Below are positions 11,801 to 24,359 of a stretch of 64,000 nucleotides of DNA, piece after piece. The notes beneath the pieces are model-generated. The model searched no databases. It saw nothing but the letters and a program-made list of their open reading frames with translations, and was not told the DNA's origin. Made by a program: the position numbers and the translations under genes. Every line of letters starts with the position of its first letter. Within the stretch, counting starts at the first letter, position 1. Source of the DNA: Scenedesmus sp. PABB004 (Eukaryota); contig JABVCE010000009.1 of NCBI GenBank assembly GCA_014905635.1, positions 930,001-994,000 on the forward strand, written 5' to 3'.

Positions 11801-14130
11801 TGCGCGGCAGCGCAGCCGCGGCGCTCTCCCTCGTGCTCACCGCTGTCGAGCCCAGCCTGCGCCGCCTGGCGGGCGTGAGCGCGTGGACCGTGGTCAGCCG
11901 GCTGCCGCCGCGCGTGTGCGGGCACCTCAGCCCGCTGCAGCCCTGCCTCTCGCAGCTGGCGCCGGGCACGATCGAGCCCGGGCGGCCGACCATCCTGGCG
12001 CTGCAGCGCCTCGCTGGCGAGGAGGAGGTGCCGCCCGGCGTGGTCGGCGTGATCGTGCTCGGCGACTGCCCCGACGTGCTCAGCCACGCCGCCGTGCGCG
12101 CGCGCAACTGCCGCGTGCCCGTGGTCGCCTGCCCCAGGTGCGCGCCGCGCGCCGCGCCGTGTGCCGCCCGCGCGCCGCCTGCTGCCGCCTGCGCCGCCGC
12201 CGCTGACGCGGCCATGCCGCCGCCGCTGCGTCCGTGCCGCGCCGCAGCTCGGAGCAGGGCTCGGTGGACCACGTCGCGTCGCTGGCGGGGCGGCAGGTCG
12301 TGCTCAACATCAGCGGCGACGAGGTCCAGCTGCTCGAGGCCGGCGCGGCCGACGCGGCCGGCAGCGGCGCCGACGCCGCGCGCGGCGGCAACGGCGGCGG
12401 CCCCGCGCCCGTCGACGCCGCCGCGGTCGCGGCCGCGCTGGCGGCGCGCGCGCTGACCGCGCCCGTCTGGGACGGCAGCTGGGTGCTGCAGCCCGACCGC
12501 TTCGCGCCCGGCGTGGTGGGCGGCAAGGCGATGAGCGCGGCGATGCTGGGCGCGCCCGGCGGCACGCGCGCGAGCCGGCCGGGCAGCCCGACCGGCAGCC
12601 CCAGCCGCCCCGGCAGCCCGTCGGGCGGCCGGCCGGCGAGCCCCGGCGCCGGCGGCGCGCGGCGCGGGCCGCTGCTGCCGCCGTGGCTGCGGGTGCCGCC
12701 CGCGATCGCGCTGCCGCACGGCACGTTTGAGGCGGTGCTCGCGGCGCCGGTCAACGCCGACGTCGCGGCGCAGCTCAAGGCGCCGCTCGCGAGCGTGGCG
12801 GCGGCCGCCGCGGCGCAGCCGGGCTCCGCGCCGGGCGCCGAGCTGGAGCACATCCGGTGGGCGCCGGCGGCGCCCCGCGCGCGGCCTGCCGCGCGCGCGC
12901 GCCCCGCCGCCCGCCCGCTCACACCCCGCGCGCCCCGCGCCCCGCCCGCAGCTCCCTGGTCGCGAAGCTGCAGCCGCCGCGCAGCCTGGAGGAGGACCTG
13001 CAGCTGCAGCTCAGCCAGCTCGCGGTCGCCGCGGCGAGCCCCGACCCGAGCTACGGCTGGGGCGACGTCTGGGCGGCGATCAAGAGCGTGTGGGCGAGCC
13101 AGTGGAACGCGCGCGCCGTGTCGGCGCTCGGCAAGGCGGCGCTGCCGCTCGCGGAGCTGCGCATGGGCGTGCTGGTGCAGCCGCTGCTGCCGGCGCGGTA
13201 CAGCTGGGTCGCGCACACGGTCAACCCCGCGAGCGGCGACGAGCAGGAGATCGTGGTGCAGCTCGTCGTCGGCCTCGGCGAGGTGCTGGTGGGCAACCAC
13301 CCCGGCCGCGCGCTGGGCGGCGTGATCAAGCGCAGCAGCCTCGACGCCGCGCTCGCCGGCATGGCCGCCGCGCGCGCGCCGGCGCCGGCGCCGGCGCCGC
13401 CGGCGGCGCCCCAGGGCGAGCGCCAGCGCTGGACGATCCCGTTCTTCGGCAACGGCGCGGGGCGCACGCCCAGCTCGCCGCCGGCGCCGCCGGCGACCGC
13501 GACAGTCGCGGCGCCGAGCTTCACCGGCGCCGCGCCGCTGCCCGAGCCGAGCGTGCTCGCGGACGCGGTGGACGTGGTGAGCTACATGAGCAAGGACGCG
13601 GCCATCATCCCGCGCAGCCTCGCGCTGCCCTGCGCGGTCGGCGAGGTGCGCGGCGACGGCGACGGCAGCGACACCGTGTCGCGCGGCCCCGCGGGCGTCG
13701 TGTTCATGGCGCGCTCCGACTCCAACGCCGAGGACCTGCCAGGGTGAGGGCTGTAGGCTGCGCGCCGGCCAGAGCCGCTGGTGGCTGCGTGCCGCGCAGC
13801 GCCGCCGCGCGCGGCCCGCGCGCTGACGCGCCCCCGCCCCGCCGCGCCGCGCGCGCTCGCAGCTTTGCCGGCGCGGGGCTGTTTGACAGCGTGCCGAGCC
13901 TGCCCAACCGCCACGTGACGCTGGACTACGCCAAGGAGCCTCTCGTGTGGGACGAGGCCGCGGCCGCAGGCCTGCTCTGGCAGTGCGCGCTCGCGGCGGT
14001 CGCGGCCGAGGCGGCGGTCACCGACCCCGACGACGGCCCCGGCACGCCCGGGTACGAGGGCCTGGACGTGGAGGGCTGCGTCACCCCCGACGGCACGATC
14101 TGGCTGCTGCAGGCCCGGCCCCAGGTGTGA
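5891..14130 (+). CDS. GWD: Alpha-glucan water dikinase (GWD/R1-type), multi-exon, with probable plastid transit peptide and two CBM45-like modules
   Basis: Spliced motifs: SLMHRYGIA, LTWNHNYNVKPREISAA, GQRIRDEILAIQQRNGCKGGMMEEWHQKLHNNTSPDDLVIC, phospho-His DVLSHAAVRARN, WAAIKSVWASQWNARA, RSDSNAEDLPGFAGAGLFDSVP and C-terminal LLQARPQV*. Start codon uncertain (5891 or a downstream ATG). Confidence 0.92.
10404..10465. repeat. (GCCC)n microsatellite in a GWD intron
   Basis: Direct reading of tandem gccc units. Confidence 0.8.
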
Positions 14131-14722
14131 GGCGGCGGCGGCGCGGCCGGGGCCGCCTGGCCCCGGGCGTGCAGCCCGCGCGTGGGCGTGGGGCCCGGAC
14201 GGGGAGGGCGGCGGCAGGGGGCGGCCGAGGGGGAAGGGTGCGGGGCGGGCCGCCTGGCGCCGCGCGGCTGCATCCAGCCCCGGCGGCTGGCGCGGGGCAC
14301 AAGAAGAACCCTGGACAAGGCCGGCGCGAGGGAGGGGGCGGTCGTTCGGGGGGCAAAACGGCAGCGCGGCGTGCACCACCGCCGCGTGGACGCACACGCC
14401 GCGACCGCGTGTGCTGCTGGCACAGCTGTGAAGTAGTATGGACGGAGTACATGAGCCGAAGGCAAGGGAGAGCCCGCGCACAACACACCAGCGCGAGGGA
14501 GGGGAGGCGCGCCGCGCGCAGGCGCCACGCGCGCGGCGCGGCAACGGCGGCGGCGCAGAGGCGCGCGGGACATACGCGGCGCGCGCCCGCCGCCGCCGGG
14601 GCCGTTCGGTTTGTTTCGTCGGTGGTGGTGGTCCTTCATGTGTGGTGGAGACATGGTGTTGGCGAGGCGTGGCCGTGGTGCGCCGCGCCGTGCTGATGAG
14701 GTGGCGGCGCCCTGTCGTGCAC

Positions 14723-14773
14723 GGGCGGGGCGGGGCAGGGGCGGGGCAGGGGCGGGGCAGGGGCGGGGCGGGG
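14723..14773 (+). repeat. G-run tandem repeat (GGGGCGGGGCA)n, G-quadruplex-competent
   Basis: gggcggggcggggcaggggcggggcaggggcggggcaggggcggggcgggg, downstream of the GWD stop. Confidence 0.7.
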
Positions 14774-15717
14774 ACGGCCGCTTGACGCGATGACAGCGGC
14801 GGCGGCGGCGCACGCGCGCTGCCGGCCCCCCACACACACTCACGCACACGTGCAGCGTGCATTTTCATGCGCGGGCGCCGCCGTGCGCGCGTCCAACGTT
14901 GGCGCGCGGCACGCGGCCCCGCGGCGCAGCGCGGCGCAGGCGGGCGCGTCGCCGGCGCAGGCGCCGGCGCGCGCCCCGCAGCAGCACGACCCCCGACCAG
15001 GCAGGCACACCACCGCCTGCCTGCTTTACTTGCTCGACCCCATTCATAGCCGGCGCGCGCGTGCCGGCCCGCGCGCGCTGCCAAGTGCGCCCGGGCCGCG
15101 CACCGCGCGGCAGACGCAGGACGCCCGGATCCGTGACGACCAGGAGTTGTGTGTGTGCCACACCTCCAGCGCAGCGTGCGTGCCGACACATTAGGAGGTG
15201 CTCTCAGGTTCTCACAAAGGAAGAAGGAGCAGCAGCAGCACTGTGCGCCCCCCCGGGCGCGGGCAACTCGCGCGTCGCGTGCTGCGCAGCGGCTCGGCGC
15301 GCGCGGTTCTGCGCTGGGCCGCGGCGCCGCCGGCGGCGCCACAGCGCGGCCGACGCCGCCGCCGCACGCACACACACATACACACACACACACACACACC
15401 GCCCAGCCGCCGCCTGCCGACGTTGGCGCCGACGCCGCTGCTGCGCCGGCGCGCCGCAGCGCGCTTGCCAGCTGCTCGAGACCGCGCCAGGCGCTGCCGC
15501 CTGCTGACGCGGTGCTTCACGCTCGCACGCACGCGCCGGCGCAGCAGCGTTCGGGACGAGCGGCGACGGACCAGCAGCAGCGCCGCGCGCGGCGCCGTCG
15601 CAGCGCGCCTGGCTCCTGCGCGCCCGGGCAGCGCGTGAGCGGCCGGCCCCGCGGGACTCGCTCGCGCCCCCGCCGCCGCCGAGGCGCCGGTGGCCCGCCG
15701 GCAGGCGGGCACGAGCG

Positions 15718-17837
15718 ATGGCGGCCAGCGACGCGTGGCCGCTGCTGCTGGCGCACCCGGCCGTGGGCGAGGACGTGGGCGTGGTGACCCGCCTGCTGGC
15801 CACCAGCCGGGAGCTCAGCGACACGGGTGCGCGCGCTGACCGCCCGCGCCGCGCGCCCGGCACCCCCGCGCGACCGCTCAGCGCGCCCAGCGCGCCCGAC
15901 CGCTCCACGCCGCACGCCGACCGCCCGCCCTGCGCGCCCCGCCCGCTCCGCGCTGCCCGCCGCCGCCGTCGCCGCCGCCGCCGCCGCCGCCGCCGCAGTC
16001 GGCGCGTGCTGTGAGGGCCGCTTGGTGCTCGACGCTGACGAGTACCTCTGGCGCGATGATTATGAGGAGTCCATGCGGTGGTGCCTGCTGCAGTGGCTGT
16101 CAAAGCACGCCCACCTGCTGGCCGAGCTCAGGCTGAGCGACGCCAAGTGGACGGGGGACTCAGACAAGGAGACGCGGCAGGCGCTGCAGGCGGCGGCGGC
16201 AGTGCGGCCGCTGGCGCTGCGCGCGTTCAGCGGCACCCAAGCGGCGCTAGGCTCGCTGCCGGCGAGCCAGCTCACGCGGCTGGAGATCTCCAGTGGCAGC
16301 TGCAGCCATCCCAGCGCAGCCATCTTCAGCCTGTACGTCATGCTGCCCAAGCTCACCGCGCTGCGCAGCGCGCGCGTGCCGTGCCCCCCTGGTGCCGCCG
16401 CCGGGCCTGGGCTATCCCCGCCTCCGCGACGGTGTGACCGTGCTTGACCCAGGGCCCGTCCTGGCGGGCTGCCTTCCGCTCGGCCTGCGGGCGGTGGAGG
16501 TCGACCAGGGCTACGGCTGGGGCGAGCGGGGCCGGAGCCTCCAGCTTGGTCACCTCACCAACCTGACCAGCCTGCGCCTCGTGGGGCACTGGCGCATGGA
16601 GCCGGGCATGTTTGAGGTGTGTCACAGGCTGCTCGCAGCGCGGCGGCGCCGGCGCGCGGCGCGTCGCACTCCGCCGGATGCGGCTGACCAGCCGCCGACC
16701 CGCCGCCCGCCGCCCGCCGCGCAGCTGCGCGCCGACGACGTGCTGCCGCCCAACGTGGAGGTCCTGGCGCTGCACAACGTGACGCTGGCCCCGCTCGCGC
16801 CGCTCACGCGGCTGCGGCGCCTGAGCCTGCTGGTGCAGGACGCGTCGGCGTTGGTGCACGAGCCCGATTTCATGTTTGACCTCACCAAGATGACCCGCAT
16901 GCTCGCGCCGGAGCTCTTCCGCGGCCTGGCTGCGTTTGACCGCTGGGAGGCGCTGGAGCTCGAGCTGGAGTGGTTCCGCTTTGAGCCCGGCACCAAGCTG
17001 GAGCGCCTCTTCAACAGCTGGGCCGGCGAGGAGGCGCAGCTCTGGGCCGCGGCGGACGCGCTGTACCGCGAGCTCGCGTCGCTGCCGACGGCGTCGCTGC
17101 TCGGCGCTGTGCCGACGCTGGCCGGGCTGCCCCTGCTTGAGCGACTGACCGGCCTCACGCGCCTCAGCCTCAATTACGAGCACTGGCACTGCGTGTGGGA
17201 CGTTGAGGAGCCGGCGGCTGGCGGCGCGGGCGGCGGCGAGGGCGGCGCCGAGCCGGCGTGCGCGCGCGACCGCGTGCAGGCGCTCGCGGGCACGCTGGGG
17301 CAGTTGACCACGCTGCGCGAGGTGCGCCTCGACAACCTGGACGACCTGCATGTCGTCCAGGGGCGCATGGCCGACGGCCGCTCCCTGGCGCCGGCGCTCG
17401 CGGCGCTCGCGGCCCTGCCGCACCTTGCCGGCCTGGAGCTCTGGCAGTGCGGCCCGTGCAATGGCGGCCTCAGCGTCGCGGAGGCGCGCGCGCTCGAGTC
17501 GCCGTCGCTCACGCGGCTTGTCGTGGGCACGATCTACCACGATTGCTACGACAAGGCCTACGCGCTCACTGGCGCCGCGGCGACCGAGCTGCTGCGCGGC
17601 CTGCCCGGCCTGCGCGAGCTGGACCTGCACATGCAGCCGCCCCCGGGTCCCGACGTGCTGACCAGGGCAGCGCTGGTGCCGGCGCTGCGCGAGCTGCGCG
17701 CGCTCACGATGCTGTGGGTGTGCGACAGGCTGCTGGACGAGGGGAGCCGGGCCCAGCTGCGCGCCAGCCTGCCCGCGCTGCGCGTGCTGGAGACGCGGCG
17801 GGACGTCGACTTTGAGGACACCGTGCGCGTCATGTGA
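15718..17837 (+). CDS. Uncharacterised LRR/RNI-like protein, multi-exon, with an unresolved frame break near 16370-16405
   Basis: Repeated LxxLxxLxL segments (LTNLTSLRL, LTRLRRLSL, LTGLTRLSL, LTTLREVRL, LPGLRELDL, LPALRVLE) and strong GC3 codon bias. Confidence 0.7.
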
Positions 17838-18351
17838 GCCGCTCGCCGCATGAGCCGCGCGGCGCGCGCGCCGCACCCCACGCGGCGGTCCGAGGAGTCG
17901 AGCGTGCAAGCGGCGTGCGGAGCGAATGGGTGGATCGGGCTCCCATCGTGCGCGCCGGCCTGTGAGCATTGCGTGCCTGCGTGGCGTTGACGTTGCTGCG
18001 GCCGCACGTAGAGCTAGCTGATCGCCTACGCCGGCGCGTGCACGCGCGCGCGCGCCCGCCTCTCACGCGCGCGGCTGCCGCCGCCGCCGCCGCGCCGGTC
18101 TTGTTGCTGTTGCAGTTGCGGCGCTGCGCACAGCGGCGCGCGAGTAAAGAAGGAGTTGCTGCAAGCGATGCCCCCCGGCACCCCCCAGACGCGCGCGCGC
18201 GCGCGCGCGTGCGATCAGGTCAGAGCTGCAGCCAGCCGCCTGGGCCCCGCGCCCCCCCCCCTCTCGGCCGCGCCTCCTGCAGGTCCTACATATACGCTCG
18301 CCCCCGCCTGCGCGCGCGCGGGCTGCCCGCTGAGCACCACCAGCCCCACCA

Positions 18352-21300
18352 CTAGCCCGCCCGCGCGCCGGCGCGGCGCGCAAAGCGTATGAACACCTCC
18401 TCCAGCGTCGCGCTCGCGATGCCCCAGTCCTGCACGTCCAGCCCCACGCCCGCGGGGCCAACGCCGCGCATCGCGCCAAACACGCGCGCCACGCTCACCT
18501 GCGCGCCGCCGCGCGGGCGGGGCGGGCGGCGACGCGCGGTTGTGCCACTCTCCGCGCGCGCCGGCGGTCGGCGGGCCGCAGCGCCGCTCGCCGCGCCGCC
18601 GCACCTCGCTCGTGGGCAGCTCGAACTTGAGCGTGCCGGCGACGCTGTAGGTCAGCGCCGCGCCGGGCGCGAGGCCGCGCACGAAGCGCGCCGCCGCGCC
18701 CTCCTGCTCCGGCGGGACGGTTATGGTGAAGACCTGGGTCGCGCGCCGCGCGGGGGGAGACGAGCGGGCCGGGCGTGGGCGTGTGCGCGGGGCGTCGGCG
18801 CGCTTGCAGACGCGCGAGCCGGCCGCCGCGCGCCGCCGCGCACCAGGAAGCCCGCGTGGCGGCTGGTGACGTCCTTGGGGTGGCCGATGCAGACCAGGCG
18901 CCCGTCGACGAAGATGCCCAGCCGGTCGCACAGCTCCTCCGCCTCGTCCATGCTGCGTTGCACACGGTGCCGCCCGCGGCCGCGCGAGAGCATGAGCCGG
19001 CGGCGGCGGCGGCGGCGCGCGGCGGCGGCGGCGGCGCTCCGCGGCCAGCTGGCGAGCACGCGCGCCTGTGCGTCGTGAGCACGATCGCGCGGCCCGCCTT
19101 GTTGGCCTTGACCGCCTCCCACAGCGCGCGCCGCGACGCGGGGTCCAGGCCCTGCGCGCCGCGCGGGGCGGCGCGGCGCGCGGCGGCTCAGCCGGCGCGC
19201 GGGCGCGTGGGCCATGCGCCCCGCCGCGCGCGCCCCCAACGAGCAGCCGCTCGCGCGGCAGGCGCTGCCCCTGCGCGGCGCTGCCTGCCGTGGAGGGCTC
19301 GTCCAGGTACACGGCCACGGGGTCGCCCATGAGCGCGATTGCGACGCTCAGGCGGCGCCGCATGCCGCCGCTGTACGCGCCCGCCGCGCGGTCGCCCACC
19401 GCGCCGAGCGCGACGCCGCGCAGGCTCGCGCCGACCGCGCGCTCCAGCGCGGCGCCTGCCGCGCGCGCGGGCGGGCGGCGCCGCGGCGCCCGTCGGCCGG
19501 CTGCCTTGCTGGGCGCCCCCGCGCGAAACCGACCCCGCGCGGCGCCGCGCCGCGCCCGCACCCGTGAGGCCCTTGAGCCGGCCGTAGAAGCGTAGGTGCT
19601 CCGCGCCGGTGAGGCAGTCCCAGAGCAGGTCGTGCTGGGGGCAGACGCCCATGCGCGCGTACACTGCGTCCATGGCCCGCGTGATGTCGGCGCCGCCGAC
19701 GACCGCGGTGCCGCCCGAGGGCGGCAGCAGGCCGACGAGCATGCCGATGCTCGTGGACTTGCCGGCGCCTGGGCGGTGGGCGGTGGGCGGTGGGCGGCGT
19801 GAGCAGTCGCGCGGATTCCTCAGGGCTCAGGGCTCAGGGCCAAGGCCGCCGCGCACCGTTGGGCCCGAGCAGGCCGAAGCACTCGCCGCGCCGGATGGCC
19901 AGGTCCAGGCGCGCCACCGCGTGCTGCGGCGGGGCGGGCCTGCGCGTGAGCCCGGCGCGGCAAGCCGCGAACGCGTCGCGGCCCCCACTCCGGCGCTGCG
20001 CCGCGGCGCGCACCTTGGGCGGCTGGCCGTCGCGGCCGGGAAAAGTCTTGCTGAGCTGCCGCACCACGATGGGGTGGTCGGCCCAGTCCGCCAGCGCCTC
20101 CACGCGCCGGCGCTCCGCCGCGACGTCGTCCGGCTCGGCCGGGCCGCCCTCGCCGCCGTCCCCGCCCGGGCCGTCGTGCGCGCCACTGCCGGCGAGCTGC
20201 ACGAGGCGGCCGAGCCCCCGCCCGCCGCGTGGCAGACGACGCTCACGACCACGCCCGCGCCAAAGGAGAGGCGGCCGAGCATGTCGGAAAGCCGCGCGAG
20301 CGGCGAGCGCGGCTCCGCGGCGCCGCCGGCGTCGCAGGCGTCGCCGTCGGCGCTGCCCGCGCGGTGCGCGGCGAGCGTCTTGATCGTCGGCAGCTGCCAG
20401 CCGGCGCTCGGGCGCGGCGCGCGGCGGCCGTGCTGCGCGCGCGGCGTGGCGCGCAGCCCCTCCAGGAAAAAGAGCGGATGCCGGCGGTTGCCGGTGCCGC
20501 TCGCGCACACCTGCGCGCCGCGCGCGCCCGGTGAGTGGCGGCGGCACCGTCGCCGCGCGCCTCGCCGTGTGCCGCTCCCGCCACCCTTGCTCTGCCCAGC
20601 TCCCCCTCCCCTCCCCTCCCCTAAACGGGGCGCGCCTGCTCGAGGTACCACGCCGCCGCCATGAAGGCAAACCACTCGCCGCCCAGGATGGCCAGCACGG
20701 GGCGCAGCCCGTTGGCCGGGTCGGCCAGGTCCCGCAGCGCCATGCCGCCGCCTGCCTCGCGCCGGTACAGCCCGCGCGACGCGTACGCGCACAGCTCGTT
20801 CAGGCCCCTGCCGCCGGACGGCAGGCGGCGCGGCAGCACGCGCGGCGGCGGCGGCGCGCCCGCGTTGACGTGTGCGCGCCTGGCCGCCGCGGCCGCCGCC
20901 GCGCCACCCCCCCCCCTTCCCCCGCCGTCGCGCGGCGCACCGGTACAGCGCAAAGCCGGGCACCAGCTCCACCAGCGCCGCGTACCACACGCCCGCCTGC
21001 GAGAGCTGGGTGAGCACGAAGCTCGCGACGAGGCCGCCGGCAAAGACGAGCAGGTAGGCCGCGAGAGCCGCGGTGCGGGCGCGCGAGAAGAGGCAGCTCA
21101 GCAGGTGCGCGAGCGCGATCATGTTGTTCCCAAACACCAGGTACAGCGCCGCCTGCACGCCTGCGCGCGCGCGGCGGCGGCGGCACGCGCGCCGTGCGTG
21201 CGGCGGCGGCGGCGGCGGCAGCGGCGGCGGCGGCGGCGGCGAGCCGTGAGCCGAGCGGCGGGCCGGCGGCCGCGCGGGCGAGGGGCGCGCGCCGCACTGG

Positions 21301-23588
21301 GACGCCCAGCCGGGGCGCGCGCACCGTAGTCGTTCTGCCGGAACGCCTGCAGCCCGACCGCGCTGCCAAAGGCCACGAACGCCGCGACGTACGCCGTGTA
21401 GACGGCGAGGCACCAGGCGTAGGTGATCGCCCAGTACGCGGCGTCGCCCAGGCCGTGCATCTTCATCATCATGCGCAGCCGCCGCTCCTTCTCGTACACC
21501 AGCTGCACCAGGCTGGCGACGCGGGCGGCGGCGCGGCAGCGGGCGGCGGCCGCGTGGGGCTTGCAGGACGGCGGCGCGCGCGCGCGCGCCAGCCGCGGCG
21601 CTTGCAGGACAGCCCGCGCCGCAGCCGCCGCGCGCCGGCACGCCCGCGCGCGGGCTCACAAGACGGGAAGCAGCATCTGCACGACCCAGCTGAAGAGCAG
21701 GGGGCCCATGATGGTGCTGAAGTCGAGGCTGACCGCCGTCGCGCGCTTGGGCAGCTCCTGCACGCCGATCAGCTCCGCCGACGCGCCCTCGCCTGCGCGC
21801 GCGCGTGCGGCGGCGGCACGGCGGCGTCGGGCGCAAGGCGTGGGCGGCGCCCGCCGTGCCGGGCCGTGCCTCGACTGCGCGCCGGACAGCGGCCAGCGCA
21901 GGCGCGCGCAGTGCGCACCCAGCACGGCGCGCAGCCAGGCGTTGACCGCCATGTTGAGCACCGCCGGCAGGCGCTGGTACAGCGGCGTGCTGCTCGCCGC
22001 GGAGCGCATGCCGTAGGTGTCGTTGAAGTAGAGGTCCGGCGCGAACGACCCGCCCCCGCTGCCCGCCCAGTCGACGGCGGCCGCATACGCGTTTGGCCCG
22101 CCGCCGCCCGGCGCGTCGGGCGCGTCGGCGCAGCGCGCCTGGGCGTAGCCGCAGTACAGCGCGCGCTGCAGCGCCGCCGCGTCGGCGGCGTGCTGCATCA
22201 CGACGTCGGTGCAGTTGAGCCGCACGCGCGAGAGCTGCGCGGCGGGGCAGCGCGCGCGGGCAGCCGAGGGCGGCACCGCGAGTGAGCGCGCGGGGCGGGC
22301 CCGCGTCCGCGCAGAGCACGGCGCCGCGCAGTCGCGCACCTGGGTGGCTGCGGAGGGCAGGCCGCCGCCGCCGCCGGCAGCGTCGGCGGCGCCCGCCGCG
22401 CCCTCGCCGGCCAGAGGGGCGGTCACGTCGCGCAGGCGCGCGTTGAGGGCCGCCGCGAGGGCGGGCGTGTTCGAGGCGTTGACCATGGCCTCCAGCACTC
22501 TGCTCAGCGTGGCGTTGGGCACACCCTCCAGCCCCAGGCTCTCGCAGGCACCGTCCGGCCAGAGCGTGTGGAGCGTGGGCGACGCCTGCGGGCGCGCGGG
22601 GGTCGGCGCGACGCGGGCGCGGCTTGCAGGACGGCGCGCGCGCGCGCGCGCGGGCTGGCGGCCGCAGCGGCGTGCCGGCGGCGGCAGCGCCGGCTGCCCG
22701 CCCACCCCGGTGAGCGCGGCCTCGAGGTAGAGCCCCGCGCGCTCCTGCAGCAGCGTGGCACTGCCAAGGCGCAGGCCCAGCAGGCTGAGCAGCTCGCCGG
22801 GCACGGCGGTGGCGCTGCCCCGAGGTCGGCGGCGTGCGCAGTCAGGTAGCGCTGCGCCGCGAGCATGCGGCCGGCCTTGAAGTCGGGCGGCGGCAGCAGG
22901 CCCGCGCTCAGCGCAAGCGCGGCCGAGGCGTCCGCGCCCGTGTAGAGCAGCGCCGCCTTGGGCCGGTGCGGCGCGGCGCGCTCGGCCTCGGGCGGCGTCT
23001 GCGGCGGCACGGTGGCGGGCGCGGCGCAGGGGCGGTCGCCGTGCGCGCTGGGCCGCCCGCTCGGCGGGCGCGCGCCCTCAAGCGCACACCTGCATGATGG
23101 CGGGCCAGGAGGGCGTGTGGGGGATCGCGCAGAACGCGGCCTGGAGGGGCGTCGAGAACTGCACGCCGCACGCGCTGGCGTTGAACTCACGGCACTCGGC
23201 CGCGCACGTGCCCGACGCCACGGCCGCGCAGTTGGCGGGGTCGCCGCCGACGCAGCAGCGCGTGCACTGGCAGCCGCACTGCGATGCCAGGGGCGGCGCA
23301 GGGCGGTCGGCGCCGCCCGGCGGTGAAGCCGTGCGCAGCTGGCGCACGCACCGCGTACTCGGCGCCGCTGAGCAGCAGCTTGTTGACCGCCAGCTCCACC
23401 ACCAGCAGCAGCAGGCAGAAGAACACCGGCGCCGCGAGCAGGGCGGCGTTGACGTGCGTGTTGCGCGACTGGTAGGCCGCGTTCTTGCGCAGCAGCGCGC
23501 CCGCCTGCGCGCGCCAGCTCGCGCGCCGCGCGCCCGGCTGCGGCGGCGGCCCTGACGCCATGGCGAAAGGCAGGGCGGCTTCAGTCAT
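18352..23588 (-). CDS. Half-size ABC transporter, subfamily A (plant ABCA-like), multi-exon
   Basis: N-terminal QAGALLRKNAAYQSRN; LVYEKERRLRMMMKMHGL; Walker A GLLGPNG|AGKST; GVCPQHDLLWDCLT; signature YSGGMRRRLSVAIAL; Walker B VYLDEPST; LTTH|SMDEAEELCDRLGIF; ends TLEEVFIRFA...TAG at 18352. Start at 23588 or 23561. Confidence 0.92.
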
Positions 23589-24214
23589 CCCTGCGGCGCC
23601 TGCGAGCGGCGCACGGACGCGTGGCGCGGCGGCCGGCGGCGCGTGCGTGCGCGCGCGCTGCTGTGCCGCCCCGCGCCAGCGGCGGCGCTGCAAGGGCTGG
23701 TGGTGGCCGCAGCGACCAGAAAACAGCTTGCTCTGCCCGTGGAGCGCGGGCCGTGGCGGCTCGCGCGCGGGTGCGCGCGAGCCGCCGCCCGAAAGTTCGC
23801 GCGCCGCGTTCGAGCCCTGCCGCGCACCTGCCGCTTGCCCGCCCGCACGCGTGCTGGAGGGCAGAGTTGCTTCTGTCCGCTATCGCATGAGACAATCACG
23901 CCGGCCACGGGCAGCCCTGCTGGGGCGCGGTGCGCCGTCAAGCGCGGCGGCGCTGCTCGCGCGGCGCGGGGGTGGCTCGGCCTGCTCTATGCCCACGGTA
24001 CTGGCGCTCCCGATCCTGCGCACGACGTGCTGGGCAGCGGCGCAGCTGCGCGCTGCGGTGCGGCGCAGAACCGCGGCGGCGGCTCGGGCCGCGCAGTTTG
24101 AGAATCACTTTTACCATCGACTTCGGTCGGCTCACAGCCTACCCTGCCCCTTCCCGCAGCCAGAAATTCGGGCGGCCGCGCCGGGCGCCGCCGCGGGCCT
24201 GGGAGCCCGCGCAT

Positions 24215-24262
24215 GCGCGTGCGCGTGCGCGTGCGCGTGCGCGTGCGCGTGCGCGTGCGCGT
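24215..24262. repeat. (GCGCGT)n alternating purine-pyrimidine hexamer repeat, ~8 copies
   Basis: gcgcgtgcgcgtgcgcgt... between the kinase stop and the ABCA start. Confidence 0.85.
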
Positions 24263-24359
24263 CGCCCGCCGCGGAGCTCGAGCACATCGCTGGCAGAGAG
24301 ACCGGCGCCGCCCGCCCCGCAGCACGCCGCGCAGCCCTGTGCCGCCGGCGCGGCCCGCG

